NCBI RefSeq assembly: GCF_009914755.1
Contig: NC_060940.1
Length of the DNA stretch: 64,000 nt
Source: the human T2T-CHM13v2.0 reference genome, Homo sapiens
Reading direction: 5' to 3' (one strand)
The notes under the pieces are model-generated. The model worked only from the letters and a program-made list of their open reading frames with translations. It was not told the origin of the DNA and made no database searches. Position numbers and translations under genes: made by a program. Shown here one piece after another: positions 1 through 15,608 of the stretch; the first letter of the stretch is position 1, and each line of letters opens with the position of its first letter.

Positions 1-727
1 GGCCCCTTGGAGATTTCCCTTGCTTCTTGTGATCCCACTAATAACATTTTATTTTCTTTAGGATTTAGTCGTCTTGTGTGAAGAAGTCCTTTAGAATATC
101 TAGTCCATATATTGTCAGAGCAGAAGTCAATGTCTAGATTCCAGACTCCCTAGTAAAGTAACACAAAGCCTTCCTTTACCATAGGTCATCCCAAATAAGC
201 CAGAAACTCTCCATTTGGGGATAATAAAGCATTTCATTCCTCCTCTGGCTTATGGGTGGTTCAGAACCCAGAGGGGCAGAGGGGTGAGGCCAGTTGCTGC
301 CTCCAGACCACCACACTAACATTCACCATGAGCCCCCAAGAGAAGAATGTGGAACTCATATTTGCCACACTTTTTGGTCCGCAGAGCAGTGTACAGAGGG
401 CCCCTCAGGGCTGGTGCTCAACAATACACCTGTTTAGATTAAAAGGGGCGGGCGAAACAATTTCTAATGACCCTTCTGGAAATTTTTGAGGCTCTTATTT
501 CATATTAATGTGCAACTCCTTGATTGTATTATTTGATGGTCAGGAACATACAGACAAGATGCCCCCTTCTCCTTGGTAGATTGTCTCATTTTAACACATG
601 AGAACAACGTGGAGATGAACTGTAGGAGGTGAACACTATGTTCATATTTCTAGGGTATCTTCTCCCCCTCTCCAAATTGCTGCTGGCTTTTATGAGGCAG
701 TAACTTACAGTTAAATACACAAATACA

Positions 728-1051
<324 letters not shown>

Positions 1052-1304
1052 TCACAAGGGTGAATGTGTGAGGGAGGGAAATAATATGGCAAGTCTCTGT
1101 ATGAGCATACAAATGGGTGCGTGGGAAGGGAGAGGGAGGCTGTAGGAAGAGCTAAGGACCAGGAGTACCTTCTGTTATGTTCATGGATCATTCACAGGTG
1201 TGCTATGCTGGAGTGCGTCTGGAAATTCTGCTTTTAAGCTGCTTGCAAACTTCATCAAGATTTGGGGTGTGTGGATGGGGCTGTCTTTTCCTGAGCTTTA
1301 CTGA

Positions 1305-1640
1305 GTGCCTGGAACTGTTCTACATGTAGTGGAGGCAGACACAGTCCCTTCCCTTTTGGAGGTGACATTTTAGTGGAGAAAGACAATTTCAAGGAAACAG
1401 ATAAATAAAGGTAATTTCTGATTGGTTTAGATTCTGTGACGCAGATGAGGCATAGAGAGTGCTGAAGAGGTGATTAGGTTGAATGGTGAGGAAGGGCATC
1501 TCTGAGAAGGGTATTTGAGCTGAAGTTGGAAGGAAGAGAATGAGTTGGCTCTGTACAGAGCTGGGAAAAGGCTGTATCTGGCAGAAATAACAGCCTGAGT
1601 GAATTCCTTGATGGATGAAGGGGTACAGCACAATCAAAGT
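1305..1640 (-). mobile_element. L2 fragment (resumes near 2810-2960)
   Basis: L2-like motifs TTTACTGAGTGCC...ACAGTCCCT, CATCTCTGAGAAGGGTATTTGAGCTGA. Confidence 0.6.
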
Positions 1641-1670
1641 GGCAGAAAGGAGACCTGTGTGTTTGGCACA

Positions 1671-2360
1671 GTATTAGCTATCTATTGCCACATTCACTCC
1701 ATCCGTCTATCCACCCATCCATGCATCCATTTCTCCACTCATGCATTCACCTACCCATTTACACATTCACTCATTTAATTCAGCCATTCTCTCTTTCCCT
1801 CTCTCCCTTATCATTTGTTTTTTCAACAATTCCGTTTCAACAGTTGCCACAATCTTGGCTGCATAAAAAAACCCCGTACTTATTATATCACAGTTTCTGT
1901 GGGTCAGGAGTCTGAGCATAGCTTAGCTGGGTCCTCTGCTCTGGGTATCACATGGCTACAATCAAGGTGTTGGTCAGATGGTATTTTCATCTCAAGGCTG
2001 TACTGGGGAAGGATCTGCTTCCAACCTCATTTAGAGTGTTGGCAGAATCCATTTCCTTACGGATGCATGATTGAGCATCATGGCTTTTTGCTGGCTGTTG
2101 GTTTGAGGCAGCTCTCTGGTCCTAGAGTCTGAAGTTTCTGGAGTCCTCCTTCATCCCTTTGCCATATGGGGTTCCTCAACGTGACTTTTTATTTCATCAA
2201 GCCAGCAAGGAGGCTCTCTCAGCTATGGGAACCCAGTCCCTCTTTTAAGAGTTTTTACCCGAATGAGTCAGGATGATCTCCCTTTAAATTAATTCAAAAT
2301 CAGCTGACTTGGGACCTGAATTAGAGCTGCAAAAATCTGTTCACTGTTGCTACAACCTAC
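1671..2360 (-). mobile_element. MLT1 (D/E-type) MaLR LTR, interrupted by a 145-bp insert at 1694-1838
   Basis: TATTAGCTATCTATTGC terminus; CACAGTTTCTGTGGGTCAGGAGTCTGAGCATAGCTTAGCTGGGTCC. Confidence 0.75.
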
Positions 2361-2399
2361 AGGCAAGTCTAACATTTTAACCGCCCTTTCTTCTTATCA

Positions 2400-2812
2400 A
2401 CAAAACCTTGGTTTTGTTTAGGAGGCAAAGTACTCAGCTAAGAAGACTGGCTCCCTTGAAACTGTCATTGGTAATGTAACAAAGTTCTGGCCAAAAACCT
2501 GTAAGTTGCAGTCTAAAGAAAAGTTATCACTTTAGTGATAAAAAGGGACAGACCCAAATGGCAATGCCTTTTTTCCTTTGCTCTTCCCTACTTTTTCCCT
2601 GGAACTTGGAAGTAAAGCCCTGAGCTGGTGCAGCCGTCTTGTGACCATGAGGGTCTCTATTTTCTGATGATGGCAGAGCAGGAGGATAGAAGGAACATGC
2701 GTCATTCATGGCATTTTGGAGCTTCTCTGGACCATCTCTAAACTTCTTGTCATGTGAAAAAAGTACCCCCTTGTTTGGTTGCACAAATATACTTAGGTTT
2801 TTGTTATACGCA
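2400..2812 (+). mobile_element. MLT1J-like MaLR LTR
   Basis: GCAGCCGTCTTGTGACCATGAGG, GATGGCAGAGCAGGAGGATAGAAGGAAC. Confidence 0.6.
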
Positions 2813-3313
2813 AAAGTTAGATCAAGGAAGTCCTTGTTGAGCATGTTCGGAGTGTGTGCTTTATTCTAAGTTAAATGGGAAGATGTTGAATACTTTTAAT
2901 CCAATAGGTTCCTGGATTGATTTATGCTTTTAAAAAATCTCTTGTACTTAGCAAAGAAAGAACTGTGAGGTGAGGTGTGTGTACACAGTTGGAAGTGGAG
3001 GCTCAGAGGAGGTTATTAAGTCTCCCAAGGTAACACATCTAGATAGGGACGGAAATGGAATCCAAAATGCACAATTGTTTGACTCAACAGCCTTGGCTTC
3101 GGTTGATGTCTCTGATTTTAGTCGAGATCTTTGTCTACCTATTGCTGTTGGAAGAGCCCTGAAACTATTGTTTCACTCAATTTATCTCTGGCATCCAATT
3201 CTCTGAAAAAAAAAACTAATGATTTTCACAATCATAAAAGATAAATTAATTCTGGGTCTGGAAATTTTTTCATATCAATCTGAGCAAAGCTAATTAAAGC
3301 TAAGAAAAGAAAG

Positions 3314-3375
3314 GTGTGTGTGTGTGCGTGTGTGTGTGTGCACGTGTGTGTGCATGCACGTGTGTGTGTATGTGT
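3314..3375 (+). repeat. (TG)n/(TGCA) microsatellite
   Basis: direct inspection. Confidence 0.9.
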
Positions 3376-4359
3376 AGGGAAGAACTTTACTTTCTGTTGT
3401 TGCTTTTAAATCCCTATTGACTAATGCCCCCTTGATCCTAAATACTAATGCTTAGAAATAAAAATAATTCCAGCATCATAATCAGAACTCTAATCAGCCC
3501 CGGCTGAATGCTAAATGAGCTTGGAACAGGGTACCTTTCTTAGACATGGTGTTGCATTTTATCCAGGGGTCTCCAAGGGAGTCACACATTGTTTGATGTG
3601 TTAAGGCAGTGCAGTGGCAAAGTGTAATAGATTATGAAGGAAGAGATCTGGTCTCCAGCTCCTGGCCCTTTACTGATTTACTGGGGAAGTCTTTTTCCTT
3701 CTCCCTTTCAGGTCCTCAGTCTCCCCATCTTCAAAGAGATGCTGTCTAACCAGAGCAAAGTTTTTTGATTTGTGTTCCCCAGAGTCTCGGAGTTCTAGGC
3801 ATTACTCCTGAGAGATGGGCTGCCTCTTTTGATGATTTGAGTCTGGAATAGGAAGATGAGTAGAAGACAAGACAGGAGCTCCTAAGGTAGACACCTGCAA
3901 CCGTGTCTGTGAGAGAGCTCACCTTCCACCATGGCTCCACTGTTTTGCTCCACTTGGGGGCACCAAGCTCTGTAAATCACCAAATAAAAACATCTACTAT
4001 AATTAGATCCATCATGGGTGAGCAGGTGGCCTCCTGTCTGTCCTCCTGGAGGGCTGGACACTGGCCATCTGCTTGTTTCCCATGAAGGAATTTCCTTTTG
4101 CCTTCTTGGCTTCTTTGGCAAAGCTGACTTGATGAGTCAAGGAGAGCTGATGCAGCCTCTAGAGAAGAGGAATGAGGGAAGGTTGGAGAGATACAATGAG
4201 AAGAAGAAACACTCTTGGAACTATTATACCTGGAGTAGAGAAGCCTGAGGTATGGGACAGCTCTCTGTAGGACAGCTCTTTCAACCAGCTGTTGAAAGGT
4301 CTGAGGATATCATTCACTTCCTTCATAACTTCAATACAGTCACTTCCACCCAACCCAAT

Positions 4360-4615
4360 TTAATCCAATCTATCCATCTATCCACCCACCTACTCATCCA
4401 TCCATCCACTCAACTATCCATCCATCCACCCACTTGCTCAACTATCCATCTATCCACCCGCCCACTCAACTATGCATCCATCCACCCACCTATTATACAT
4501 CATCCATCCATCCATCCATCCATCCATCCATCCATCCATCCACTTAGCCACTCATTCATCCATCCATCAATCCACCTACCCACCCACCAAAATATCCATC
4601 ATCCATCCATGCATT
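4360..4615 (+). repeat. (CATC)n/(CCAC) low-complexity tract next to an L2 tail (~4712-4800)
   Basis: perfect (CATC)n core 4498-4540; followed by AAACACTTATTGAGCACCTACTATGT. Confidence 0.9.
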
Positions 4616-5307
4616 TCTCCATTCATGCATTCACCTACCCATTTACCCATTCACTATTTAATTCAACCATTCTCTCTTTCTCTCTCATATCATTTGTTCT
4701 TTCAACCATGCCATAAACACTTATTGAGCACCTACTATGTATCTGGAAATGTAGATGAGAATGAACTCTTCAGGGAGCTTGTAGTCCCAATGCTGTAAGT
4801 AGACGTGCAAGCAAGTCTGAGAAGTGATTGTAATACAGGCAGGAGCAAAGTGCTATTAGAGTTTGGAAGAGGGAGAGGGTTTAGGAAGGTGGATCAAAGA
4901 GGGCTTTGAGAAGGCAACAAAAATGAACTGACTCCTGAAGAAGGAGTTTAGCTTTATCAGCTGGACAAGTGGGACAAGGCGTTGTTTTTTGGAGGCATTT
5001 CCAGTTTGGGGAGCTGAAGTCATGCTCATCCTTAATAGATAATATTAGCTTTACTCTCCTTTCTCCCTCCTTCCAAGACTCAAAAAAAAGTCTAGATTAT
5101 TCATCTCAAATTTCTAGGTTGATGAAATTCAGGTTTAATTCAACAACTGATTTTTCTTGTTCAAAACGTTGGATGGGAAGAAAATTCAAATAAAAATCAC
5201 AGAAGCTCATAGCAGGAAGTTATCTTAACCCAACCTATCTCTGTAGCATCTCCTTTAAATTAGAACTCAACATACCATCCACCAGCTATTCATTTTGTTG
5301 AGAGGCG

Positions 5308-5311
<4 letters not shown>

Positions 5312-5342
<31 letters not shown>
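5312..5342 (+). repeat. (TG)n microsatellite
   Basis: direct inspection. Confidence 0.95.
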
Positions 5343-5344
<2 letters not shown>

Positions 5345-5609
5345 GCACACGTTTCTGAGCTGATTTTGTTTTATACAATCAGTCTGTTTCTTTTGATTTG
5401 GAACTATCTTGCCAAAAGTGTCTCTTATGTGCGAGCATTGTCACATTGTCACAGAGCTTGACACTTATGTACTCAACATTCATCAAATATTCCATTCATC
5501 AAATATTCATTAAACTGCTTCTATCTCCCAGGCCCAGCACTAGATGCTGATGGTAACACACTGAGGAACAAGACAGGGTGCTTCCTCTTAGAGAGCCCAT
5601 AGTCTGGTG

Positions 5610-5822
5610 CAAGGGCCAGCAAAATTTTTCTGTAAAGGAGTGGATAGAAAATATTTTAGGCTTTGTGGACATATGGCCTCTGTTGCGGTTGTTTAATTCT
5701 ACTCTTGTAGTGCAAAAGCAGCTGTAGCTAATAAGTAAAAAAAGGGACATGGCTGGGTTCTAATAAAACTTTATTTACCAAAACAGATTTTACTCCTCTC
5801 CCAGCTGTAGTTTCTGACCCCT
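5610..5822. mobile_element. MER58A-like hAT-Charlie element nested in L2 (~5495-6050)
   Basis: CAGCAAAATTTTTCTGTAAAGG...AATAAAACTTTATTTAC...TAGTTTCTGACCCCT; L2 sequence continues on both sides. Confidence 0.75.
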
Positions 5823-6483
5823 TGTCTAATGGGGGGCAGACACGCAAGTAACTAACAATGATAAAATAGCCTATTATGGAAGCTCAGAGTTGAGCCTCAG
5901 GCGGGCTTGGACAATGGAAAAGACTGCCTGGAGAAGGTGATGTGTGATCTTAGACCTGAAAGGTGAGTGGAGTTGGCAGGGTGAGGAGGCTGCGGTGGGG
6001 AGGACCCTCTAGGCTCAGTACGCAGTGTGCAAAGAAGTCCGAAGGCAAAAGGAGATACGACAGGTCTGGGGAATGCAATAGACTGGGCTGGCAAGGTGAA
6101 TGAGGCAAGACAGGAAAGGATCTTATAAAACAAGGACATGGCACGCCACTGACAGGTTTGCAGCATCATCTTCTATTTTGTCTTGTTTAAAAGATTCAAC
6201 AGTGCCATCGCAGCAGGCCTCCGAGGTGGCATCTTGCCACAGAGCCTCAGTGGCACTCACAATATGGATGTGCAGCTCTGGAATAGGTGGTTAGGTCTTC
6301 CTTCCTCACCCTGACCTATGAGGGTCCCCCAGGCAGCCTGTGGCCTGGTCCGGGAGGCAGGTCACTCAGGATAGTTGCATAATGGGACACAGTTTAGGAG
6401 GAGACAGAGGCAAAACAAAGATAGGCACAGATGTGGAGTTGGGATAAAACATGATGCTTACTTAGGCCAAAGCTACATCCCTT

Positions 6484-6855
<372 letters not shown>

Positions 6856-6979
6856 TAAGAGTAATAAAAGCTAAGACATTTTCATGCTCCTCACCTCCCC
6901 TCCTCTTCCCCCTCTTCCTCTCTCATCTCTCCCCTCTATTATACTGGCCTTATAAACCAGAATTACTAAGTGTTTTTTG

Positions 6980-7101
6980 TTGTTGGCATCCAGTGAGCAG
7001 TGGCCAGGGATGCAGTTAATCATACCATAATACACAGGACAGCACCACAACACAGAATTATGCAGCCCCAAATGTCAGTAGTGCTGAGGTCGAGAAACCT
7101 G
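6980..7101. mobile_element. MER20 fragment (hAT-Charlie)
   Basis: GGCCAGGGATGCAG...CAGGACAGC...CCCCAAATGTCAGTAGTGCTGAGGTCGAGAAACC. Confidence 0.75.
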
Positions 7102-8055
7102 CTCTCGTACCATCTTCCCACCGTCTACGGCTCACCATCCTGACTCAATCATTAATGTATGAACACACCTCCACATCTTCACATTTTTGCTTCCCTTTGT
7201 CTTGATCACTCTGTCTCTCTCTGCTCCGACACATGGGCCTCTACTTCCACGAAAAGCTATAGGATTCCCCTAGATTCGAATTAATTGCTTCCTTCTTGTG
7301 GAGCTCATGGGACTTCATTCATACCTGTCACGATCCTTAACAACATAACAATGTTGTAAATATTAGTATTATAGTGTATATGTTAGGCCCCTTCCCCCAT
7401 TCATTTCTGAGCTTCTTTAGTAAAGGAACTGGGTCTTGTTCATCTCATACCCCTTTGCTCAAGATAATGTGTCTGCTGAATGGATGAATAAAACATTCAA
7501 CATTATAAATGTGCAAAATATTCCCTCTTTTGAGATAAATACTCTGGGCTGGCATGCAAACCCACATATTTTTCCACTTGTTCCTCATCTCCCCCATCTT
7601 CCAGGCAAATTTTATGCAGGCAACCTTCAAAATTTTCTGAAACTCAGAAATGATTTGTGTTCGTGATTCAATTTTAATTTCATATCTTCAGCATTTTTAC
7701 ATTCAGTAACATTTTCCATTTTGCAGTAAATCTACCGATGCAGCTTGAACACATTTCCCCCTGCTCCTTCCCATGATGCATTTACCACCACCAGTCAAGG
7801 GCTTTCTTTTATGAGAATGGAGGCGAATGCTTCCCGTGTGTCAGCCAACGTCTCATTCGCATTCGAACCGTGATTGTCTCTTACTGGAGCTTCATTGTCC
7901 CACCTGGCGAGCAATTGAGGTCCTTTGAACCCACCCTGAAATCTGAGTTAGTCTTCGTCATTGCTGTATCTCTAGTGCCTTGCATGGCACCTGGCTCATA
8001 ATAGGTGCTTACTGAATACTTGTTGAATGAATGCTAAACACATGAGCTGTGCTAA

Positions 8056-8529
<474 letters not shown>

Positions 8530-9504
8530 CCGATGGTCCTAATTCTTACCTATCTCTTAGGGTTGTTGTAGCAAGTGAAATGATCAGTACATAGTATGCT
8601 ATCCAATAAGTACCATTTATTAACAATGACAGGACGTGCAGCTGGGGTGGATCATTCCAGGGAATTGATCAGATATTGGGAGCCATTCAGGTAAGTACAG
8701 TCACTGCTGCAGTTAGGGACTTTTGTAGATTCTCCTGTAAAGCACTGTTCTTGGTTTCTGAAGATTCCCTCCTCATTTGGGTTCCAGTCATGTAGGCCTG
8801 AAATTCAATGTGCAGAGGGAAGCTCAAACCAATTCATGATGTGTATCTCCTCCAGTATGTGGGCACAGGAGCCCTGGATGTCAGAGGCAGAGAGTTTAGA
8901 GAAACCCTGACTCACCACACTCCACGACTCATCACACTCCACGTGCACAGGAGCCTGAGGCTCAGACAGGTGAATTGACTTGCCCCAGGTCATCCAGTGA
9001 GTCAGGGATGCCTCAACTTGATCTGAGATCTCCGGATTTTTAAGCCCTTGCTCCATTTCCCGCGCTGAGAGGCTAGTGGTTTGCATTTTGTGCTTTAGTG
9101 GCCAAAGCGCAAATGCTGTTAGAGTTGAGCCTAGGGAGACCCACACAGCACCTTTTTCCGCAGCATTCAATTAAGTCCCTGATTCAGCTCTTTGAGGCCT
9201 GACAGCCCCTCATGAGAATGGGGCATGGAGGAGAAGCATTTCCAGAAGGGGTTTCTTAGAGCGATGCCTTAAAAAAGCAGCTCTGGCCCTGGCTCCGATG
9301 TCCTTGTGCTGCAAGATCAGCTTCTCAAACAGGAGCCTTTGATGGCAGAGCTGCTTCCCTGCAGGAAAATATCAGCTCCTACAATCAACCCAGCCTCAGG
9401 GCACTTGGCTTCTCTCTGCCATGTCGTCAGTCCTTATCCAGGGAGGGAGTTGCTCAGAGTCTGTTCTGAGATTTTGGCTTACTGAGAGGCCTGGCACTTA
9501 GGAG

Positions 9505-9715
9505 AGAGTCTTGGAAGCCAGGCTCTCCCGGTTCAAAGTCTGCCTCCACCACCTTTAGTGGGGTGAGCCCTGGTGAGTCATTCAGTCTCTCTGCATCTCA
9601 GTTTCCTCATTTGTAAAATGGGGCACTCCTCCTAAGGTTGCTGTGAGAATTAAGTAAGTCAAAGACAAATGTGCTTAGAAGAATCTTTGGCACATAGTAA
9701 GTGCTCAGTAAACAC
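9505..9715 (+). mobile_element. MIR
   Basis: CTCAGTTTCCTCATTTGTAAAATGGGG core; GGCACATAGTAAGTGCTCAGTAAA tail. Confidence 0.8.
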
Positions 9716-10527
9716 CATCTGTTGTCATTAAACATAGGTGCTCAATTCCACCTTGATTCATGTTCCCAGCTCTGCTCCTCATTGTGTGACTCTGGGTGAG
9801 TTACTTGACTGCTCTGAGCCACAATATCCAATCAGACAAATAAATATAACACTCATACTGAGAGCTTTTGGTTGCCACATATTCATCTTTAGGACCAACT
9901 GGGCTTTGGGGGCATTTACACGGATACCCATACACTGCTTCTTACATAGGAGTTTGAGTTTTTGTGTATCAGGGGCTGCAAGGCCATCTCAAGCTCGTAT
10001 GATGATGACCCCGTGGCAGAAATTCCTCTCCAGGAGGGTCTCTGTCTTTGCCTGTGCAGCAGGGTTTGTGCCAAGGACTTTAATATTTTATTGCATTTTC
10101 GTGATTACTATAGAAAACCAAGCAAAAATAAGAAGTGCTGATCTTTCTGGTAAAGAAACATGAGTCTCATAAACTAAATACAACCAAGCCAAAGAAAGAA
10201 ACGAGAAGATAAAATCATAAAAGCCACCTAACACAGCAGATCTTTAACTTTTAGCTGGAAGATCTTTGAGTTTAGCTTATTGCCCATTTCTCAGTTGTGA
10301 AAGAAAAGAATAAAAGACATGTATTAAAATAAAACTACATGGTCGAAGATTGCCTCAGAAAAATAAGGTTAAATTGAAGATTGTAAACAGATGTTATATT
10401 TTCCTCCCCCAACATTGGAATTGATTATTTGAATTCTGTACACATTTTTTAGTTGTGCGTTTTATATGTAGGGAGGGCCGGTGATCGCGCTGTGTGTTAG
10501 GGGCACAGCACAGCGCATGGTACATAG

Positions 10528-10887
<360 letters not shown>

Positions 10888-12114
10888 ACAATTATTATTC
10901 TTAAGGTTGCTTGAGAATATTTTGAGTTGATTGAGTGTAGACTGAAAGCATTAGAACATCAGCCATCATCTTAGTAATTCATAAATTAACTCTGGCATCC
11001 CTGATGGGCGTTCCCTCAGCCTCTGCTTGCATACCCCCAGTCTTGTGGAGTCCCTTGCCTGTTCCTGCAGCCCATTCTTTTTTTTAGGTGTGGTTGAGTG
11101 CACCCATTTCGTGTCAGCATATTTCCCTGGGAGTCTTTATCCACTAGTGGTCTTCAAGCCCTATGTGGACTCACAGAATTAATAAAGTCCCTTTTGTACA
11201 TGGAAGGGTACCTAGGTGGGCTACCCATCCTTTAATAACTCATTTCGTTCACAAACATTTCCTGAGCACCTACTGTGTGCTGGCCTCTGAGCTGGACCTT
11301 AGAGGAGTTCCAGGGTCCATGAAAGAGACAGATAATTACAATGTGGATTTATAATTACAGGGGAATTTTAAGCTGAAAAAATAAGGAGGGGAGTACTGTG
11401 GAAGCCCCAAAGAGGCATCTAGCCCTGTGCAGTGTGGTCATGGAAGGCTTCCTGGCGTAGGTGACACTAGAGCTGAGTTTCAGAGGGGGATGTGTGTGTG
11501 GTAGAAATGGAGAAGGGGAAGGCATTTTAGGTAGAATGAAGAGTATGTATGAACAGATATGGAGTTCAAAAGACTGGCAGGTCTGAGTAGAGATGCAGGT
11601 CTAAAGTGTGTCTGCATGTATGTGCGTGTGTGTCTGTATGTGTGTGTCTGTTGACGGGGGGATTGGAGTGCGTGACGTACCTGAGGATAAAGACAGGAAG
11701 GTTGGAGGGCTCAGGAGAGCTTTTATGCCAAGGTAGAGTTTGGCCTCTATTCTGAGGATGAGAAGTTCCTCAAGCAGTCCTTTTGGTCACTCTAACCCTG
11801 AGATAGGGTCTCCTTCCTCTGGGCTAGATCCTTCCTATGTGGGTTCAGTGCAGACTGCTGGTCTGCTCTTGGCTTTGTAAAGTGAGAGCCAGTTCCAGGG
11901 TTCCCAGTGCTCTGTCAGTTTCCCAGAAGCAGCTGTGTATCCTTTCCTCCTTCCCCCCTTTAATGATCCAGTGGTAAGAAATTAGCTTTGGAGTCAAACA
12001 GACCAGTGTTAAGTCTCAGCTTTGTGGCTGACAATCTCTGAGCCTTGGTCAGCCTCCTTAATCCTTATCAACCCCAGGTTCCTTGCTTGAAAAATGAGGA
12101 TAATAATAAATGTA

Positions 12115-12429
<315 letters not shown>

Positions 12430-13344
12430 TTACTGGCAGTTACTGTGTGCCAGGCACTATTCTAAGCACTTTGTAGACATGAATTCATCAAAGCCTTGCA
12501 ATTCTTTGAGGTAAGAACTATTATTATCCCCATTAAACAGATGAGAAAACAGAGGCACAGAGAAGCCCAAAGGCTTCCAGTTGGTAAGGAGCAGGGCCAG
12601 GGAGCCAGTAGAACCTCTCTCCTAGAGTTGACATGAAGATCAAAAGAGCTAAGACATACCGAGTCCTCAATGCACGGCCCGGCACATAGCAGATACTCAG
12701 TAGACAGCAACTCTCAGAGTGATAAATGCTCTGAGAAATGCATGGAGCAACATTATCAAGGAGAGAGCATTCCCCAGAGTTAAGCAAGCTTCCTTTATCC
12801 AAGGGAGGCCATGGAAGCAACGCCTGATCAAACTGACTCATTAACTGCAGACAATAGAAAATGACAGATCAAGCCTTTGATGAAAGAGACTGGAACAGCC
12901 ATTGATTAGAAGCCAGACGTGCCTCTTTCTTCCTCAGCTGATTGACTGGCTTCTGAAGGCTCTTCTTTCCATGTAATTAAAGAGCTAACTGAACTGTCAA
13001 GCATGTTCCTTCATCAGTCACCATCATGTGGTGGGAGGAGGGCCATCTGATAAGCCACGGATATCCTTCTGTCCAGTTCTTTGGCTAAAAGTCCAGCAAA
13101 GCTTGGGGGTTTGCAACCTGTTGCTCTGTCCAGTTTTGAATCTCTAAAGGCACATGTCACCCTCTCTTTTGCCATCAAAGTAAGATATTGGCAGTTGAAA
13201 CCAGTGATTGTACAAGAAAAGAGGATAGTTGCAAAATCACTAGATGTGAAACTTGGTTGTAATAGGCTGCAGAAGGAAATGGGGATGATGGAGGGGAGGA
13301 AGTTGGTATGAGCTGGGGACTGCAGAGCGGACTTGTGCTTCAGA

Positions 13345-13530
13345 ACTAGCAGATCTGAGTTTGGATCCAACCCTGGGCACTTCCTAGCTATGGACCTGGG
13401 GCAAGGGACCTTAGCTCTGGAATCTCAGCCCCTGCATCTGTAAAACCTGCATAAGCAATTCACAGGGCACTTGTGAGGATTAGAGGAGATGATATTCAAA
13501 GGTGCCTGGCACATGGAAGGTACTCAAGAA
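13345..13530 (+). mobile_element. MIR
   Basis: ACCTGGGGCAAG...CATCTGTAAAA...GTGAGGATTAGA...GTGCCTGGCACATG. Confidence 0.7.
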
Positions 13531-14037
13531 AGTCAACCGTTGTGAACTATAACGTGTTCTTCATCTGTCAGAGCACATAGCTGTTCCCTGAGGGCTATTT
13601 ACACCTATGCTATTACCACCTTGTGGGAAGGAAGTAGGAGAATGTATTCCTTGAACTTAGACCCTGGGCTTTCCTTACAACCATTGTTAGGGCAAAAATC
13701 CCTGATAAGCAATGGAAGAGTAGGTCTGGTCACAGCCATAGGAGTGAACCTTTCCTAATTCCCAAATTCAAGCTCACGGTTTAGTACAGGCATTGATGGA
13801 TGAATCCCCTTTGAAACAGATGCTGGATGGTGGGTGGGAAGAGGGCTTAGCTTAGGGTCAGACTGAATTCACATCCACTGGACCCCACACAAGCTGTGCA
13901 GTGTTGGGGACTTGCCTTCCTCTTTGAGCCCTGGTTTCAGGCTGAAGATTGGGGACTAACAGCAAGGAGTTTGGATCATGTAGCAATGAGAGGAGTGAGC
14001 TTTGGACTCAGCCTGGATTCAAATGATTGTCCTATTG

Positions 14038-14247
14038 CACTGGTTCTCAAACTGCAATTGGCACCCCACCTCCAGGGGACATTTGGCCATATCTAGAGAC
14101 ATTTTTGGTTGACATAACTTGCTGCTGGCATATGTAGTGGGTAGAGGCTGGGGATGCTCTTCAGCATCCTACAATGCATAGGACATCCCTTCACAGCAGA
14201 GAATAATCTGGCCCATAATGTCAACAGTGCTGAAGTCAAGAAACCCT
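14038..14247. mobile_element. MER20, near full length, nested in a MIR
   Basis: TGGTTCTCAAACT...CCAGGGGACATTTGGC...AATGTCAACAGTGCTGAAGTCAAGAAACCCTG. Confidence 0.85.
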
Positions 14248-14455
14248 GCTCTATTGCTTACTAGCTTATGAAGTTAATTAATTTGGCTAAGACTCTGTTC
14301 CTTCGTTGATAGAATGGAAATGATAAACAGTTCCTGGCTTGTGTGGTTGTTTTCAAAACAGAGCTATTGTGACACATAGCACAGCTTCACGCACCTGGCA
14401 AATCCTCAATAAATATAAACCTGGATTTTCATGGGATTCAAAGTCAATGGCATAT

Positions 14456-14775
<320 letters not shown>

Positions 14776-15608
14776 CAAAGTCAGTGACATATAAGCATAT
14801 ATTAACTGCTTCGATATCATTTAAGTCTACCAGTAATGGCAGGGACATGAGGATGACAGTGACATGTTTGATTTTCACAGGACCTAGCAGTGCCTCTGAG
14901 GTCCTCCCTCAAGCCTGAGCTTCCTGATGGAACCCTGTCCCTCACATGCCTCCACTTCAAGGTGATGTTCAAAGTTATTGTAAACATTTCAAAAGTAACA
15001 GATGTGTCCCTGGAGATGGAGATTGTGCATCTCAGGTCTGCTGGTGCTGAGAATCAAAGGCAGCTGCCTGCCCCTAGGTTTTCCTCTCTGCTGGTTTTCT
15101 GAAAGCTGTCTCCACCATGAGCAGCTCTTGTCATTGAGACTGACTTCCCTGGAGGTGAGGACTTTGTCCTCCTCTCTTCTGTTCTATCTGGGCCCTTAAA
15201 ATAGGAATTTTGCCCTGCATTCTCTGGAAAATCCTGGGGAGGGGTTCTTCCCTATCTCTTCACCCTTTACTCTTCCCTGTGGGAGAAAGAGCGGATTTCC
15301 CCTGAGCTGCAGCTTGCCTTCCATGACCTGTGCTGGCTGCAGGTGTAGAAAGCGTTCCCTACGGTGCGGAAGAAGAAGCAATGCGAGAAGCTGGCTGTCT
15401 CAGGCTTCTGCCCCTTCTCCAGCGCTGACCACCTCACAGGCCTCGGAGAAGGGTCAGGGCTCTGAACAGATGCAGCCCCGTGGCGAGCAGCTTCAGGACG
15501 GTCTCCCATCGTCTTTGTCTTCTGCTTGCATTAGGCTGAATCAACGGGGTGTGGCAGGGGAGAGGCTCTGGTGCATTTTTCAAATCTGTCTGTTCCATAA
15601 CCAAAGTA

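Noticed and set aside
4252-4798. His/Pro/Ser/Ile-rich ORFs
   Set aside because: Product of the (CATC)n repeat.
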